From contig OX597823.1 in the NCBI GenBank assembly GCA_951406725.2, positions 45,756,001 through 45,820,000 of the forward strand: a stretch of 64,000 nt of DNA. Direction: 5' to 3'. Positions 28,067 to 41,656 of the stretch are shown here, piece after piece; positions within the stretch are counted from its first letter, which is position 1; each line of letters opens with the position of its first letter. The translations under genes were made by a program, and so were the position numbers. The notes below the pieces were generated by a model. That model saw nothing but the letters and a program-made list of their open reading frames with translations, was not told the origin of the DNA and ran no database searches. The DNA is from Octopus vulgaris (lineage: Eukaryota).

Positions 28067-28454
28067 GTTTTACCCTTTTCCTCGTTTCAGTCATTTGACT
28101 GTGGCCATGCTGGAGCACCGCCTTTAGTCGAGCACATCGACCCCGGGACTTATTCTTTGTAAGCCCAGTACTTATTCTATCCGTCTCTTTTGCCGAACCG
28201 CTAAGTGACGGGGACATAAACACACCAGCATCGGTTGTCAAGCGATGTTGGGGGGACAAACACATAAACACACACACATATACATACATACAACAGGCTT
28301 CTTTCAGTTTCCGTCTACCAAATCCACTCACAAGGCATTGGTCAGCCCGGGGCTATAGTAGAAGACACTTGCCCAAGATGCCCCGCAGTGGGACTGAACC
28401 CGGAACCATGTGGTTCGTAAGCAAGCTACTTACCACACAGCCACTCCTGCGCCT
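28067..28454 (-). mobile_element. SINE group A
   Basis: Near full-length reverse copy; extra tail fragments at ~28496 and ~28556. Confidence 0.9.
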
Positions 28455-29239
28455 ATACATGCATTCTTTGACGACTTAAGTGGTTATTACAAATTCTTTT
28501 ACTTGTTTCTGTCATTTGACTCAGTAATATATATGTATATATGTATATATATATTCTTTTATCCTTTTACCTGTTTCAGTCATTTGACTGCGGCCATATA
28601 TATTTATGTATGTATATGTAAATCTAAGGTAGGACAGAAAGAACACAACAAGGCGGAAATCAACAAAACACATGAGGAAAAATAGGCGATAGCATATCAC
28701 GGCAAGCAGGACAAAACAAGATAAACGGATCATTCGCAGCCGATTTCCTCCTCAGTCGCAGTCTGGAAAGTCCTTGTAGCTTCGCGCTCTCTTAACTCCG
28801 AGACTATTCGAATCCGGCGAGCGCCAGGAATTTAAGCTAAAAGCATTAAACCTCTGAGAAAGGCAACGAATGTATACAAGAACCAAAACAAGAACGTTAA
28901 CAAAAACGAAAAAGCTAGGATTATACAAGTACAACAGAGCGCCTTGCGACTATATACTAGGAGGGGAAAATATTGTACATGTTCCAATATATATATAAAT
29001 AAATAAAAGAAAGGGTCGTTCGACTATCAGACGAACGTAACGTTATGAAATAATAATACAAGTGGAACAATAAAAAAAATATACGTATACAATGGACAAA
29101 CGCCATTCGGCCAAACAGCTAATGGAAGATATGTGTACGATTACAACAATAATAAATAACAAAAAGGGTCTTTCGACTATCAGACAAACGTAGCAATCTA
29201 TTGAGATTTTCCGTTTTTCCTTTGCGTTAGTTTACTATG

Positions 29240-29290
<51 letters not shown>

Positions 29291-29350
29291 GTGTGTGTGT
29301 ATGTATGTGTAAATATGTATGTATTGGCTTGTATATATGATATATATATA

Positions 29351-29402
<52 letters not shown>

Positions 29403-29746
29403 CGTATATATGTGTGCACATGCATAATTGTGCATATGTATACAATTATTTCATTTTCTATCCCACTCTCACTTTCCTATTTTAGTTGATTTTCCCCTCT
29501 CTAACTATCTAAAGGTCCCTGATTACTAAATATATATAAGCGCGTCATCTAAGTGTAGATTTTGTACTGGCCGGTTATCTCTCTCAAGAATTTCTAATAG
29601 GAGATTTCTTATATATTTTCAACAAATGTACAATTTTTAAATTCCTATCAGCATAGGAAAGACGTGTAATGGTGAATACATAAAGCCCACAAATTTTTCA
29701 ATCTCCTGTGTTGATACATACATACATACATACATACATACATACA

Positions 29747-29782
<36 letters not shown>

Positions 29783-30052
29783 TATACGTCTGAGTGTGTA
29801 TGCGTGTGTATTTGTGTGTGTATATTTGCGAGTATTTGCGCGCAAGCTGGCGTATGAGTGAGGGCTGGTGGCATAACCCCGATGGTGCATATGCATGTGT
29901 TTTCTAGAGTGTGTCTACCAACGGGTACGGGTGGACGTATTCATGGGTATGTATGTCAGCTGTGTATATCAGCTGCGTGTGAATCAGTTCTTTGTGTATG
30001 TGTGTGTGTGCATATATGTATGTGTGTGTATATGTACGTGTGGATATATATG

Positions 30053-30125
<73 letters not shown>

Positions 30126-30133
30126 CTATATAT

Positions 30134-30571
30134 AAGCAAATTTAGCTAGTTAGAAAACTCTCAATAAGAGATTATGGTAGCAACCATGCTAAGAATATTT
30201 ATCGCCACGTCAATGTTGTTGTTCAACGTTACTAACGTTTTGAACCCAGACAGACACTGTATATATTGCAAGCAGGGGATCGAACCCCTGCCATCCTCAA
30301 GCAGACGAGCGGATCACGAAACCGAACAGTTTCGGGCTACTTGTGCCCATCTTGAGTCGTGAGCACCCGACTGCTAGAAATAACAGGATTCGCTTCAGCT
30401 CGCAATATATAGAAAAATAAGCGACCATCGGTCAACGATTTTGCAACAAGCAAAGTAGCTAGTTAGAAAAATCTCAATAAGAGATGAAAGTAGCAAATAT
30501 ACTAAGAAGTAATATTTATCGCCACATCAATGTAGCTGTTCGACGTTACTACTGTTTTAACCCCAGGCAGA
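30134..30571 (-). mobile_element. Retrozyme-like unit: ~120-bp direct repeats 314 bp apart enclosing a hammerhead ribozyme and a tRNA-like B box
   Basis: Repeats at 30134-30254 and 30448-30571; hammerhead at 30300-30375; hairpin GCAGGGG-TTCGAT-CCCCTGC at 30272-30291. Confidence 0.65.
30300..30375 (-). ncRNA. Type I hammerhead ribozyme with one core substitution (G5C)
   Basis: AGCAGUCGGGUGC-UCACGA CUCAAGA U GGGC-acaagua-GCCC GAAA C-uguucg-G UU| UCGUGA-UCCGCUCGUCUGCU. Confidence 0.75.
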
Positions 30572-30647
30572 TTCTCCACCGCGTCACTGGTGCAAACTGC
30601 ATCCTGTATGTATTGTTATAAGCTCATAACAATATCATCATCTAGAG

Positions 30648-30848
30648 CAGTGGTTTTCATCCAGGGTTCCGCCAGTACAGTGCAGGGGTTCCGCAAGAAG
30701 TTACAAAACTGCTAAAATCGGCAGTAATTTTTAATTCTCCTGTGCAGATATGTGTGCATAAGACTATTAAATTATTGCACAGAGGTTCCTCGAGCCAGTG
30801 GAATGTTTCCTTGGGGTTCCGCTCCAGCAAAAAGTTTGAAAAGCACTG
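30648..30848. mobile_element. hAT (Charlie-type) MITE, 201 bp
   Basis: TIRs cagtggttttca / tgaaaagcactg; perfect 8-bp TSD atctagag at 30640-30647 and 30849-30856. Confidence 0.9.
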
Positions 30849-32252
30849 ATCTAGAGGCTATAAATACAATTCATTCTTTGTTTTATGATAGTTACTTCAG
30901 ATGTGAACAATTTCTGCATGTTAATATCTAGTGACATCTTGGTGTATGTGATGCCATACCAGAAGGCTAAAAAACCCACTTAAGTACTATTATCATATCT
31001 TTGAACGTAAATCACATTTGGTATGTTTTTCATATATTATTTTCATGTAAAAATGTGTAAGCATTAGAGGTTAAAAACTCAATTGAATAATCTTTTTCTC
31101 CCAGTTCTTGTCTATGACACCTATCATTATAAATCAGTTTGATATTTGCTTAAAATTTGTGTGTATTATATCTTTTAAATTTCGGAGTTAAAATTCGATC
31201 TGGGCGTTGGCAAAAGCGGCATTTCAAGGTTGAATTTATTGTAAAATGGCTAATTCGAGTCGATATAATTACTGCTTTTATTGTTTTCAAAATCTTCGTA
31301 AAGATTCCTTGTTCTATACAGAAGTTAGAAACCACTTACTTTTTAGATATGGTTTAATTTTAATAAGTTTTTGGTTATTTTTCAAAACTCTAAGTTTGGC
31401 TATGCTGGCTCAAGAGTTAGCTCACAAATCTGAGGCTAAGAATGTTATGTTGACATCTTGCATACCTTACAGGATTTTATTAATATATAACACGTCTGGT
31501 ATGATATCAGATAATTCTAACATGTACATTTCCAAAATGCTTTGAAACATTTCTGCTGATATCATCGTGAGTAAATCTTTTGGAAATATATTCCAGTCAT
31601 TACTAGATGAAGTATGGAGATTATTTTAAATGACTGATACCCATAGAAAAGCCCTAAATGTCCCTAGCATTTTAAGCTTACTACACATACAGGACACTGA
31701 AAAATATAAGAAGTACTGGAAGAGCAACAGTAGGGGCAATAAATATTTTCGAGATATGCTGTGTGTTGACTGACTACACGGACTGTTTTGACAATGTATG
31801 GCTTGTGCAAAACTTCTCAGCGGAGATTATGCAAAGAAACCCCCCAAAACAACAACAACAGCAAAAATAAAAACTTAATGTGTGAAAGAAAGTGTTGTTT
31901 GTTTTAGAAGACTCTCATACTATAAAGTGTCATTTCTCATGTTTGCAAGTAAATTCTCCAGCAGAGTTGAACGTGCTTTTCCTACATTAATGAATATCAA
32001 CCTTATTCTTTTCCTTGGCATTTGTCGCCTTCTCTTTCCTAACAAACATAAATCATTGACCTGAGAGTATGTAGACGGTTTATAATATAGACTCATTACT
32101 CTCTGGAATTGACTAGAACGTATTAGCTTTATCTTTATTATAACGTTTGTTTCACACAGATGATTGGAATGATGGTCATGCATATATTCTGAATCGACTA
32201 TATTAACTCTCTATATACTTTCTCAGAAAACAGTTATACTTTCTCAAAAACA

Positions 32253-32469
32253 GAGGCGATGAGGGGAAAGGATCATTAGCCTGCCAGGCAAAATGCTTAG
32301 CGGCATGTCCTCCGTCTTAACGTTCTGAGCACAAATATCACCGATATCGACTTTGCCTTTCATCTTTTGGGAGTCACTAAAATAAGTACCAGGCGAGTAA
32401 TGGGGTCGATGTAAATGACTAAACCTCACCCCCGAACTTACTGGCCTTGTGCAAAAATTTGAACCAATA
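32253..32469 (+). mobile_element. SINE B1
   Basis: Head, gactttgcctttcatc core, ggccttgtgcaaaaatttgaaccaat tail. Confidence 0.85.
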
Positions 32470-33169
32470 TTTTCTTAGAAACAATAATAGGGAAAGTAAG
32501 CTAAAAAGAAGTGTCTTAAATCTTATGTATGTTGCGTGTAACGTAAACTGACCACAGATGGAAACATAGCGGATCCGTGCATTCTTTCGCCGAGAACATC
32601 CTTCTACCCTATCAACATTACTAAGGGATACTAGTAGCTAGTGCCTCAAATTTTAAGAATTCTATGACTAACAAAAAATTCTAAAACTGTTTTATTTGTT
32701 TTTGTTGTAACTTATCTCTAGGGATTACACGTCATTACTAACACGATGAAATTAAGAATTCTTCCGCGTGTTTGAGACTAAGAATTCTTCTGCTTACTTG
32801 GACTCTCGAAAATGTGCTGTACATATAAGTTTATTTCGTGTACAAGTATGATTATGTAGAGTGCAACCGAATGCACAAATATCTTCTGTGTATATAATTA
32901 TATAATTATAGTCTGATACTAATTTATACGACAGCTGATTTCTCAAGCAACTACTTGGTGTTGACTAATATTAGAATGTTCTGGAGATCATAGAAGTCGT
33001 GTAATATGATATGAAATTTGCATCAGATTTTTGTCAGCTTCTTTTTGTTTTTGTTAAAGCAATAACTGTAAAACAATATTTTACAGTTGCTATCATTATA
33101 TTTTTTCTAGAGATTGAAGTTTGAAGGTTGGAAACAAGTAAAGGGAAGAATGTTATTAATGAGAGGAAA

Positions 33170-33397
33170 ATAGTTTCAAATTATGATACAAAACCAGAAA
33201 TTTTAGGAGAGGGTTGTGTTAATTGATTACATCGACCCGAAGTACTTAACTTGTACTTATTTTATCTGTGCGTAATGGATGAAAGGCAAAGTTAAACTCG
33301 GGCCGTATTTGAAATAAAAACGTAAAGATAAGATCCGGAAGAAATGCCGCTGAGAATTCTGTCCGATGTATTAACAATTCTGCCAGCTCACTGCCTT
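33170..33397 (-). mobile_element. SINE B1
   Basis: Diverged copy with recognisable core and head. Confidence 0.8.
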
Positions 33398-34040
33398 ATT
33401 GTCTTGGCAAAGAGTACCATTACATATTACCACTTTGGTTCAACAACAGAGGTTCTATATGGCCCCTTGATTTGCTGGAAATAGAAGCAAAATCTCCGTC
33501 TAATCATATCTCACTTACTTTTTAAAAGAAATAGTTCTGGATCCATTATTTTAATAAAAGAAATGATATTCATTGCTGGAACAGTTTAAATTGTAGGTCT
33601 GATGGGTCATTGCTGACAACGGACTTAATAACAAATAGCGTAGACATTCGTTAATAGGATTCAGTGGATGACAACATACGTTATACAGTGATAGAAAGCC
33701 AGACACGCACAAGAAAAATATCTTCAGTAGAGTGAAAACTGCGATGCACAGTAGTTTATTACAAGTAATAGCTTCTTGATGGAAGGAAGAGAGATATAAT
33801 AAAGCAACGTCGCTATTTATAGTGTAGCATATACAGTTTTTAGAATTGTAATTACCAAGATTTTGGAGCTAAACAACATTGTTCCCTTCTAATTATAAAA
33901 CTACCAGCTAAGTTAGGGGGTATTATGATACCACTGTTGGCTAGAGAATAATATAGTTGACGCTAAAAATATGTAAAAGAGGGAGTAAACTTAACTAATT
34001 GAGTATAAGAAAATTAACACAAAATATAATAAAATAAATG

Positions 34041-34284
34041 CGCCCCTTTAAAGCCTAGCCAGGCTCATGGGCCCGTCTTCCTGGTTTCTATGGCGTATAT
34101 GTTCCACAGCTGGACGGGACGCCAGTCCATCACAGTGTTACTCATTTTTGCCAGCTGAGTGGACTGGAGCAACGTGAAATGAAGTGTTTTGCTCAAGAAA
34201 ATAACGCGTCACCCGATCCAAGAATCGAACCCACAATCTTACGATCATGGTGCTGACATCCTTAACCACTAAGCCACGCGCCTC
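34041..34284 (-). mobile_element. SINE group C (V-domain-like tail)
   Basis: Same head/core as 3588; tgatggactggcgtcccgtccag; terminal stem agcct-ggct-aggct. Confidence 0.85.
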
Positions 34285-34329
34285 CACAACACAAAAAAAA
34301 TATTCAGAATATATTGTATATACACATGA

Positions 34330-34552
34330 AAGGGTTTCCAGTGAAAGCACAAGGCCACTAATTTTGAGAGAAGGGGTATAGTCAGTACCCCTGATCTCTA
34401 TATTTGACTGATACTTTATTTTATCGATCCCGAAAAGATGAAAGACGAAATTGACTACACCAGGATTTGAACACAGAACGTAAAATTTCTGGAACAAGTG
34501 CCGCTAAGTAATTTTTTGAACGCTAAAACGATTCCGAAAGTTCATCGCCTTA
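34330..34552 (-). mobile_element. SINE B1
   Basis: Diverged copy with recognisable core. Confidence 0.75.
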
Positions 34553-35503
34553 TTGTATAATAAAATATGCAATAAAATTGATATAAACAGAATATAAAAT
34601 CATGGAGTGAATGGTGATTTGTACGATTGGTAGTAATGGTAAATATATAGCTTTAAATATATGAATATATGAAAAATGTATCTATATTACAAGTGTTTTT
34701 TTATCGATTGCTAATAGAAATTTATTAGAAGTATAGAGTTCTGAAAGTTCGTTGTGTAAGTATATAGTTACAGCGAGTTGCTTATATCAAATGCTTGTAT
34801 AAATTCAGTGATATAAATGTTGAAAATATAATTATAGGTAATTTTTGTCAGCAAGCGCGTGATATTTGAATAAAAATACACTAAAACACGCTAATGGATA
34901 TATATGATAGATTAATTACAAAACATTTCCTTCAACTTAGGAAAATACTAGATTACAAAAATAGCAGTGCAACGAAACCAGTGTATGATTGGTTAAATGT
35001 AAAAGTATATAATCGTATAAAAATGTTATGCTTTAAATATATGGGAATTTCGCTTTATCTAAATCATTTTTGAAGAAAAAATTTATAATATTGAATTTCC
35101 TTTATTTCTATTTTAAAACCGTCGTTAAATTTGAATAAGAAAATAACGTAAACGAGAAAATAACCTTAAATTATTAAGTTAGATATTCATTGTTAAAACA
35201 TGAACTAACATCACATATCTCTCTTTACCTATTTAAAATAATCAAATAGCGATGAAAAAACAATCAATATGTGATCGTTGATAAGAAATTTTGCATGGAA
35301 TAAAAGTTTAGATTCCATCTCGCAGATATTCTCATTAGTTAAAAACCGCTAATTTCTTTAGATTTTAGGAAAATGTAAGCTTACTCTAAATAAATAATAC
35401 GCTAACGTTTTTCTCAATTATACGGCTATCTCTTTTGATTATTGAGAACGAGATACATTATGTATTTAGTTTTAAAGGGAAATTTGAATACCCATCTTAG
35501 TCG

Positions 35504-35510
35504 TCTACTA

Positions 35511-35543
<33 letters not shown>

Positions 35544-35672
35544 TTGCTGCTAGCTTTTATTTTCTTTTCTTCTTCTTCTTCTTCTTCTTCTTCTTCTCTT
35601 CTTCTTCTTCTTCTTCTTCTTCTTCTTCTTCTTCTTCTTTTTCTTCTTCTTCTTCAGCTGCTGCTGCTACTA
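35504..35672. repeat. Compound (CTA)/(CTG)/(TTC)n tract
   Basis: Direct reading. Confidence 0.9.
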
Positions 35673-35917
35673 ACACTGCTAATACTATTATTCACAATGA
35701 CCTTATTTGAAAGTAAATTTCAAATATACCTCAATTAAATTCCTATTGCAAAGAACTGAAGTCATCGAGATGAATCCGCTATACCCGTGAGTAGAATTTA
35801 CCTCACAGATATTGAAAACACCACTGAAATATCCCATATACGTCTTCAAGCTTCCAGTTCAGTGAACATAATTGTAAGTGTTCTCTAACCATCACAAAAT
35901 TAGGCACTGCTTGTTTT

Positions 35918-36316
35918 TTTTACTACCCAAAAGGGCTAAGTATAGAGTGGAAAAACAAGGACAGACAACGGGATTACATCGACCCCAGTGCATAACTGGC
36001 ACTTAATTTATCGAGCCCGAAAGGATGACAGGCAAAGTCGACCTCGACAGAATTTGAACTCACAACGTGACGGCAGACGAAATACCTATTTCTTTACTAC
36101 CCACAAGGGGCTAAACACAGAGGAGACAAACAAGGACAGACGGATTAAGTCGATTACATCGACCCCAGTGCGTAAGTGGTACTTAATTTATCGACCCCGA
36201 AGGGATGAAAGGCAAAGTCGATCTCGGCGGAATTTGAACTCAGAAGGTAGCGGCAGACGAAATACCGCTAAGCATTTCGCTCGGCGTGCTAACGTTTCTG
36301 CCAGTTCGCAGCCTTA
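35918..36316 (-). mobile_element. Nested pair of SINE B2 copies (Tx1-like tail)
   Basis: Full copy at 36088-36316 abuts a headless copy at 35918-36087; tail gtccttgtttgtctcctctgtgtttagccccttgtgggtagtaaagaaat. Confidence 0.85.
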
Positions 36317-37543
36317 TATTAGGCACAGGTTGTTGCCAGCAGTTGGAAACGGTAACAGAATACATTCGTATGTTTCATATAATTATCAGCAAATTAAAAT
36401 ACACGTAACTTCTCACCTCCACCTATCTTCATTCTATAACGGATTCTTTAAAATGTAAATTTTGTCTATAGTTCATAGTTGACTTGCGCTTTATTACAGC
36501 ACAATCCGCAAAACAATTTAAGCGAATAACACACGATTTCATTTCTTTGTATTCATAATTGTTTAAACAATATATAAATGATCTAAGAATATCATGCAAT
36601 TCCTTATAATGGGGGTTTCTACAAGCGAGTAACATTTAATCCCCACAAGATGTAATGAAAAAAAATTCTGTTTTGGAAACATCTGTAAAAATATAGCTGA
36701 CAAAAAGAATATTAACACAACATGTGACTTTAAAAGAGCCAAAATACATGCCAGATGTAGTAAAACTCTAACGTTCAAATTCTGGAGGTGAGGCATACGT
36801 AAATTAAAGTTGCCAAATGTATATACAGAAACCAACACTACTTCATATCTTTGATAATACTCTTGAAAAAGTCTGGAAACGTCGATAAGAAGGAATTTAG
36901 AAACATTATCGCTCCAAACAGACTATAAGAATATTATACCGAAATACGAATATATAATTAAATATGCAGAGAAACACATGCATATACACAATATAAATTT
37001 TAGTTATGTATTATGTGTTTATACTTATGTATGTATGCATATAGTTGAGTTTGTACTAATGATTTTTGCGGTATGGCATATATGTATATTAATAGGTGTA
37101 TAAATATATGATGCGGGTGATCTGGCGACCTGAGGAGTTAGCCTTCTATGGATGAATGTGACTTGTGATTGTCCAATTGTACTGTGCAACGTGTAGCATG
37201 CATATTAGTGCGGATATATAAAATATTTTTTTATATACTGAGATTATTATTACATAATGAAAGCTGCGAAACAACTGTAATCATTCGGATATGAAGTGGT
37301 TTACTAAATATATTCGCCTCTCATATCTCATGACATCATGGTTTCTATCTTTCTTGTGCATACATACATACATATATACATACATACATGTATGTGTGTA
37401 TGTACGTGCATATGTATATGCATATATATTCATACATATATGCATGTATGCATACATACAAACATGCATGTATGTATATATGTATAGGTATACATATATA
37501 TTCATACACATATGCACGCATGCATATATACATACAAACATGC

Positions 37544-37576
<33 letters not shown>

Positions 37577-38506
37577 TGCGGTCACCTGGTGCTTCCCCTG
37601 ATAAGTTCTAAAACAATGAAATAACGTAATATATAAATGATTATCCCAAATTCTAACTACCTCCTTTTTCTTGATATATGAAACATGTACACCATTTCAA
37701 ACAATCTATGCATAAAAGAATATATATATATATATTTATGTCTTTTTAAATAAAATGTATAATTATTCTATAATATATATATGCATACTTTCACATATAT
37801 ACATTTAATCAATTTCTGACCAATCTATTACTTACTATCGCAGTATTAACGTATTCGATTTTATGAGCATTAACATTTTAATTCTAAATAATTATGCAGT
37901 ATCAGAAATAGAATATCATTAAAATCTTAGATTATTTTGCATCTACCATAACATGGTTTCAGAAAAACAAAGGCGTCTATATATTTGCTAATATAGTGAC
38001 GAAAATGCCAGTGAGTATATGTACAATATTGAAGTCGCAGTATCTTCGGAATTAGCACAATTTGGAGTATAAATTTGTTAGCTAAATCACTCACAATTGC
38101 TAGTCATATGAAAAATATAGCCAAGTTATTGTCTACATTTTATTGTAAAGAATTTAAAGAAGATTCTTAGAAATAATTATTCGACAAAGAATAGATGTTA
38201 TCAGTTATTAACCAATATTTTAATCACTGTATCATGTATAGAAGAAAGAATCAACCTTGAACAGAATAAGACAGCTCCGGTTATATTTGATGTTTTTATG
38301 TCTTATAAACTTTTATTGTATTTTCCTAAGTGATGAAGGGAAAGTCTTCAAGTGAAAATTTCCATAATTTAGACAGTAAATTACTGAGATATATAACTGT
38401 AGAAATTATATACATACCACATATATATGTATGCCTGTACTATATTGAAAATCTGAATGGGCTCAAGTTTCATAATTTGTATTACTGATTTTCTGTATAT
38501 TTGTAG

Positions 38507-38650
38507 AGAAAAAACAAAATAGGTGTGTTGACTTAAAATGTTTAAAATCACATCGTAATATCAGAGAATTAGGAATGAACATTAAACGTTGCGTTTCCAG
38601 TTTCTCTGAAATCAATAAACTTGTTGACTAGACGGACAATTGTGATTAGG
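38507..38650 (+). other. Putative 5'UTR exon of the downstream gene
   Basis: Acceptor tatatttgtag|, strong donor agg|gtaagt at 38651, next acceptor ttatttcag| at 38779. Confidence 0.4.
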
Positions 38651-38851
38651 GTAAGTACTGTTTATGTAAGGAGAAATGTAATTGATTAATACTTTTAATA
38701 CTCTGTGCAGCGAGCATTTTGTTCCAATTAATTTATGGATACTTAAATTTTTAAAAACTTTTACTTACATTTATTTCAGGAGAAATGTGGTTCTCTTTCA
38801 CAACTACAGAACGTGATACCTTAAAACACCCTTTGAACAAATTTAGATAAA

Positions 38852-38892
<41 letters not shown>

Positions 38893-38918
38893 CCCATCAG
38901 AAACGGTATTTGGAGAAA

Positions 38919-39294
38919 ATGTCAAACCGCAAAAAGTACGGTTCAGTGTCCCGATCAGAATACGATGACACCATTTTGAGAAATAATGTACGCGCCGACA
39001 ATCGACTTAGCCGCGAATTGAAGGATGTCGAACGTGCTCAGAAAGTAACATTTCGAGATATCACATTTGAGACAAAGCGTCTTCGTAACAAAATTCAAAG
39101 TGGAAATGCTCCTGTAACAAAAAACGACCATTTACAAAAGAAGTTATTGGAAATATCGCGAGAACAGACAATGTCTGCTCAGGCGCGGACAAATTTACTT
39201 CATATTGATACTAACATGGCTGAATACAATGAAATGGTCGAATCTTCAACGCCTGAAGCACTTTCACGGGGCTCCATTAACAATCCGAAAGAAA
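38919..39294 (+). CDS. Coding exon 1 of an uncharacterised coiled-coil protein (weakly CCDC190/C1orf110-like)
   Basis: aaaATG start; non-repetitive 125-codon frame MSNRKKYGSVSRSEYDDTILRNNVRADNRLSRELKDVERAQK..; ends at phase-1 donor A|gtaagt. Confidence 0.7.
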
Positions 39295-39932
39295 GTAAGT
39301 TTTGAAATATAAATATATTTAATTAAGCAACATATATTATGTAACTAAATTGACTAGGGTTTGCAATGGATTGGTAAGCATATCATGTTGTTCACATAGA
39401 ATAACTGGGCGCGTGCATCATTCTGTATCGTCAAACGTTACTAAATATTGTTAAATCGGTTTATGGGTGTAAACATAAATAATTGCTCATCTGTATATCC
39501 CAGTAATTTATAAAGCCAATTAATGATTTACAAATAGATTTTTAAGATATCCTGGTAAGCAAATGTTTGAATAAGGAAATATCACGTTATAAAATGCTTT
39601 GTTGTTAAACAGCCCAAAGGCATAAAAAAATGATTTACTAAATGAATAGTCAAATTTGCTAATACAAGAAAATAAACCTCATTGGATATTGGTATGATGC
39701 AGCATTTATTCCAAGTTGGCAAAATCATGTCAGAGGATTTCGCAGCTGTTGTTTTATTCAAGACAAAAGATCCTATTGGAGCGAACTACAAGAGATATTT
39801 GTCTTTCGCTTCACCAAGTGGCAAATTTTATGAGCCGTTCTAACATTGTTTCGCATTGTGTCTCATGCACTTTAATTCTCTTTTTAGCTTGACACGATGT
39901 CCCTCTCTCTCTCGTTTCCTTTTCTGTCAAAT

Positions 39933-39965
<33 letters not shown>

Positions 39966-40539
39966 TTGTAAGAGAGAGAGAGAGAGAGAGAGAAAGATAG
40001 AAAGAGAGCGAGAGAGAGAGTGGGAGAGAGAAGGAAAAGAGCGAGAGATGTATGGCTAAATATATATGTGCGTGAAAAATTAAACAATACTCTAGTCGTT
40101 TAAATAATACCTAGAGATTTATTATAAATCTTTGAAACCAACACGCAGTGCATACCACTTCAAGAGAATAAAATACATTGAAAGAACATTCCCTGTCTGT
40201 AATATGTCAGCATCTCTGTAATACTTACAACTAGTATAAGCTTTGTATAAATGAAAGGTAATATTATATAGAATATCTCAAGTTTTTGGCAGAAACTTAC
40301 ATGCATCGATGTTGCTTTTTTATGTAATACAAATATCTTCAAATCATTAGATGGTTGGATTTCTGAAATATAATTTTATGGACATTCAAATAACATAATG
40401 CAGTCCAAATATCTGTTTCATGCCTCAAAAATATAAATAGTAATAGAGAACTGAAATAATATAGCAAACATGAACTAATGTAGCAAACAGGAAATCGGGA
40501 AACACTGCATTCTATATTTTAGGTTCATAAAAATCAGAT

Positions 40540-40625
<86 letters not shown>

Positions 40626-41553
40626 ACTTATCTTTTATTATCGTTTCAATCATTAGACTGCAGCCTAGTGACTCCAATTACCCTTTGAAAAGAAATCTTG
40701 CATCGTTTCTAATCATATTACTGGCTTTTTACTTATTCTTTCTATTCGCATATTCTCCACAAAAATATACAAATTCAAATGCTTTCTTGTACAACCTCCT
40801 CTACCCTTTTATATTTAATTAGATGTTTTATTTCAGGTGGAGCTTCATTCAGGTCTGGTATTATACGTAAATCATTCATGTAGATCTAGAAATAAGGTTT
40901 GGTGTTAGATTAATTCTGTTTGACTGTCTCCTCATGTTTCCAGAATTCTGTTTGGAAGCCTGTCAAGATGTTCTTGAACCTTTTGTTTTTTTCGACTACT
41001 CTATATAACGATAAGCATTCTACTTTTGAAAGAAATAAAGAAAAATTTAATGAATGAGTAGTCAATACATTATGGTGATGCAGAATGTATTTAATGATGA
41101 AATGTTTCCTTAAATATTTATCATTACATTAAAAAGAAAAACATGCAACAGTAAAACGTTTATGGCGCATAATTTACAAATGTTACTTATCAGTAGAAAG
41201 TTTATTGTTTTGTCACAAAATCGTATTTTTAAATGAATGTAATGATTAATAACCCTACAAAAGATCATATTGTGACAGTAATTAAAGAAAGTTAGACAAG
41301 GACAAGAGATCTTTTAAAAGAAAATAATTATTTACTTCAGCAAAGCTTAAACATACGTTTTAGAACATTTTAGAGCATCGTTTCATAGTATCGTTTTTGG
41401 GGTACCTACAGCCTTTAAAGTTGTGGAATATTTCCAAATGTTAAGAATTAAACTAAATACTATTGAAAGACAGCAAGAACAACAACAGAAAAATCTAGTG
41501 TTAGAATTAGAAATCCAAATGAGTGTCATCTGATAATCTAAATACCGCAGTGC

Positions 41554-41656
41554 TAAAGCAGCCCGGCAGCGTCCACAGTCAGAGTTCCAGAGTATTGGTT
41601 AATCAGTAATGTCTTCATAGCAAACAACTTCCCAGCTTATACCTGTACACGGACAG
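41554..41656 (+). pseudogene. Decayed duplicate of part of the last exon
   Basis: 89/103 identical to 42780-42882; reads KAARQRPQSEFQSIG*SVMSS*QTTSQLIPVHGQ. Confidence 0.75.
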
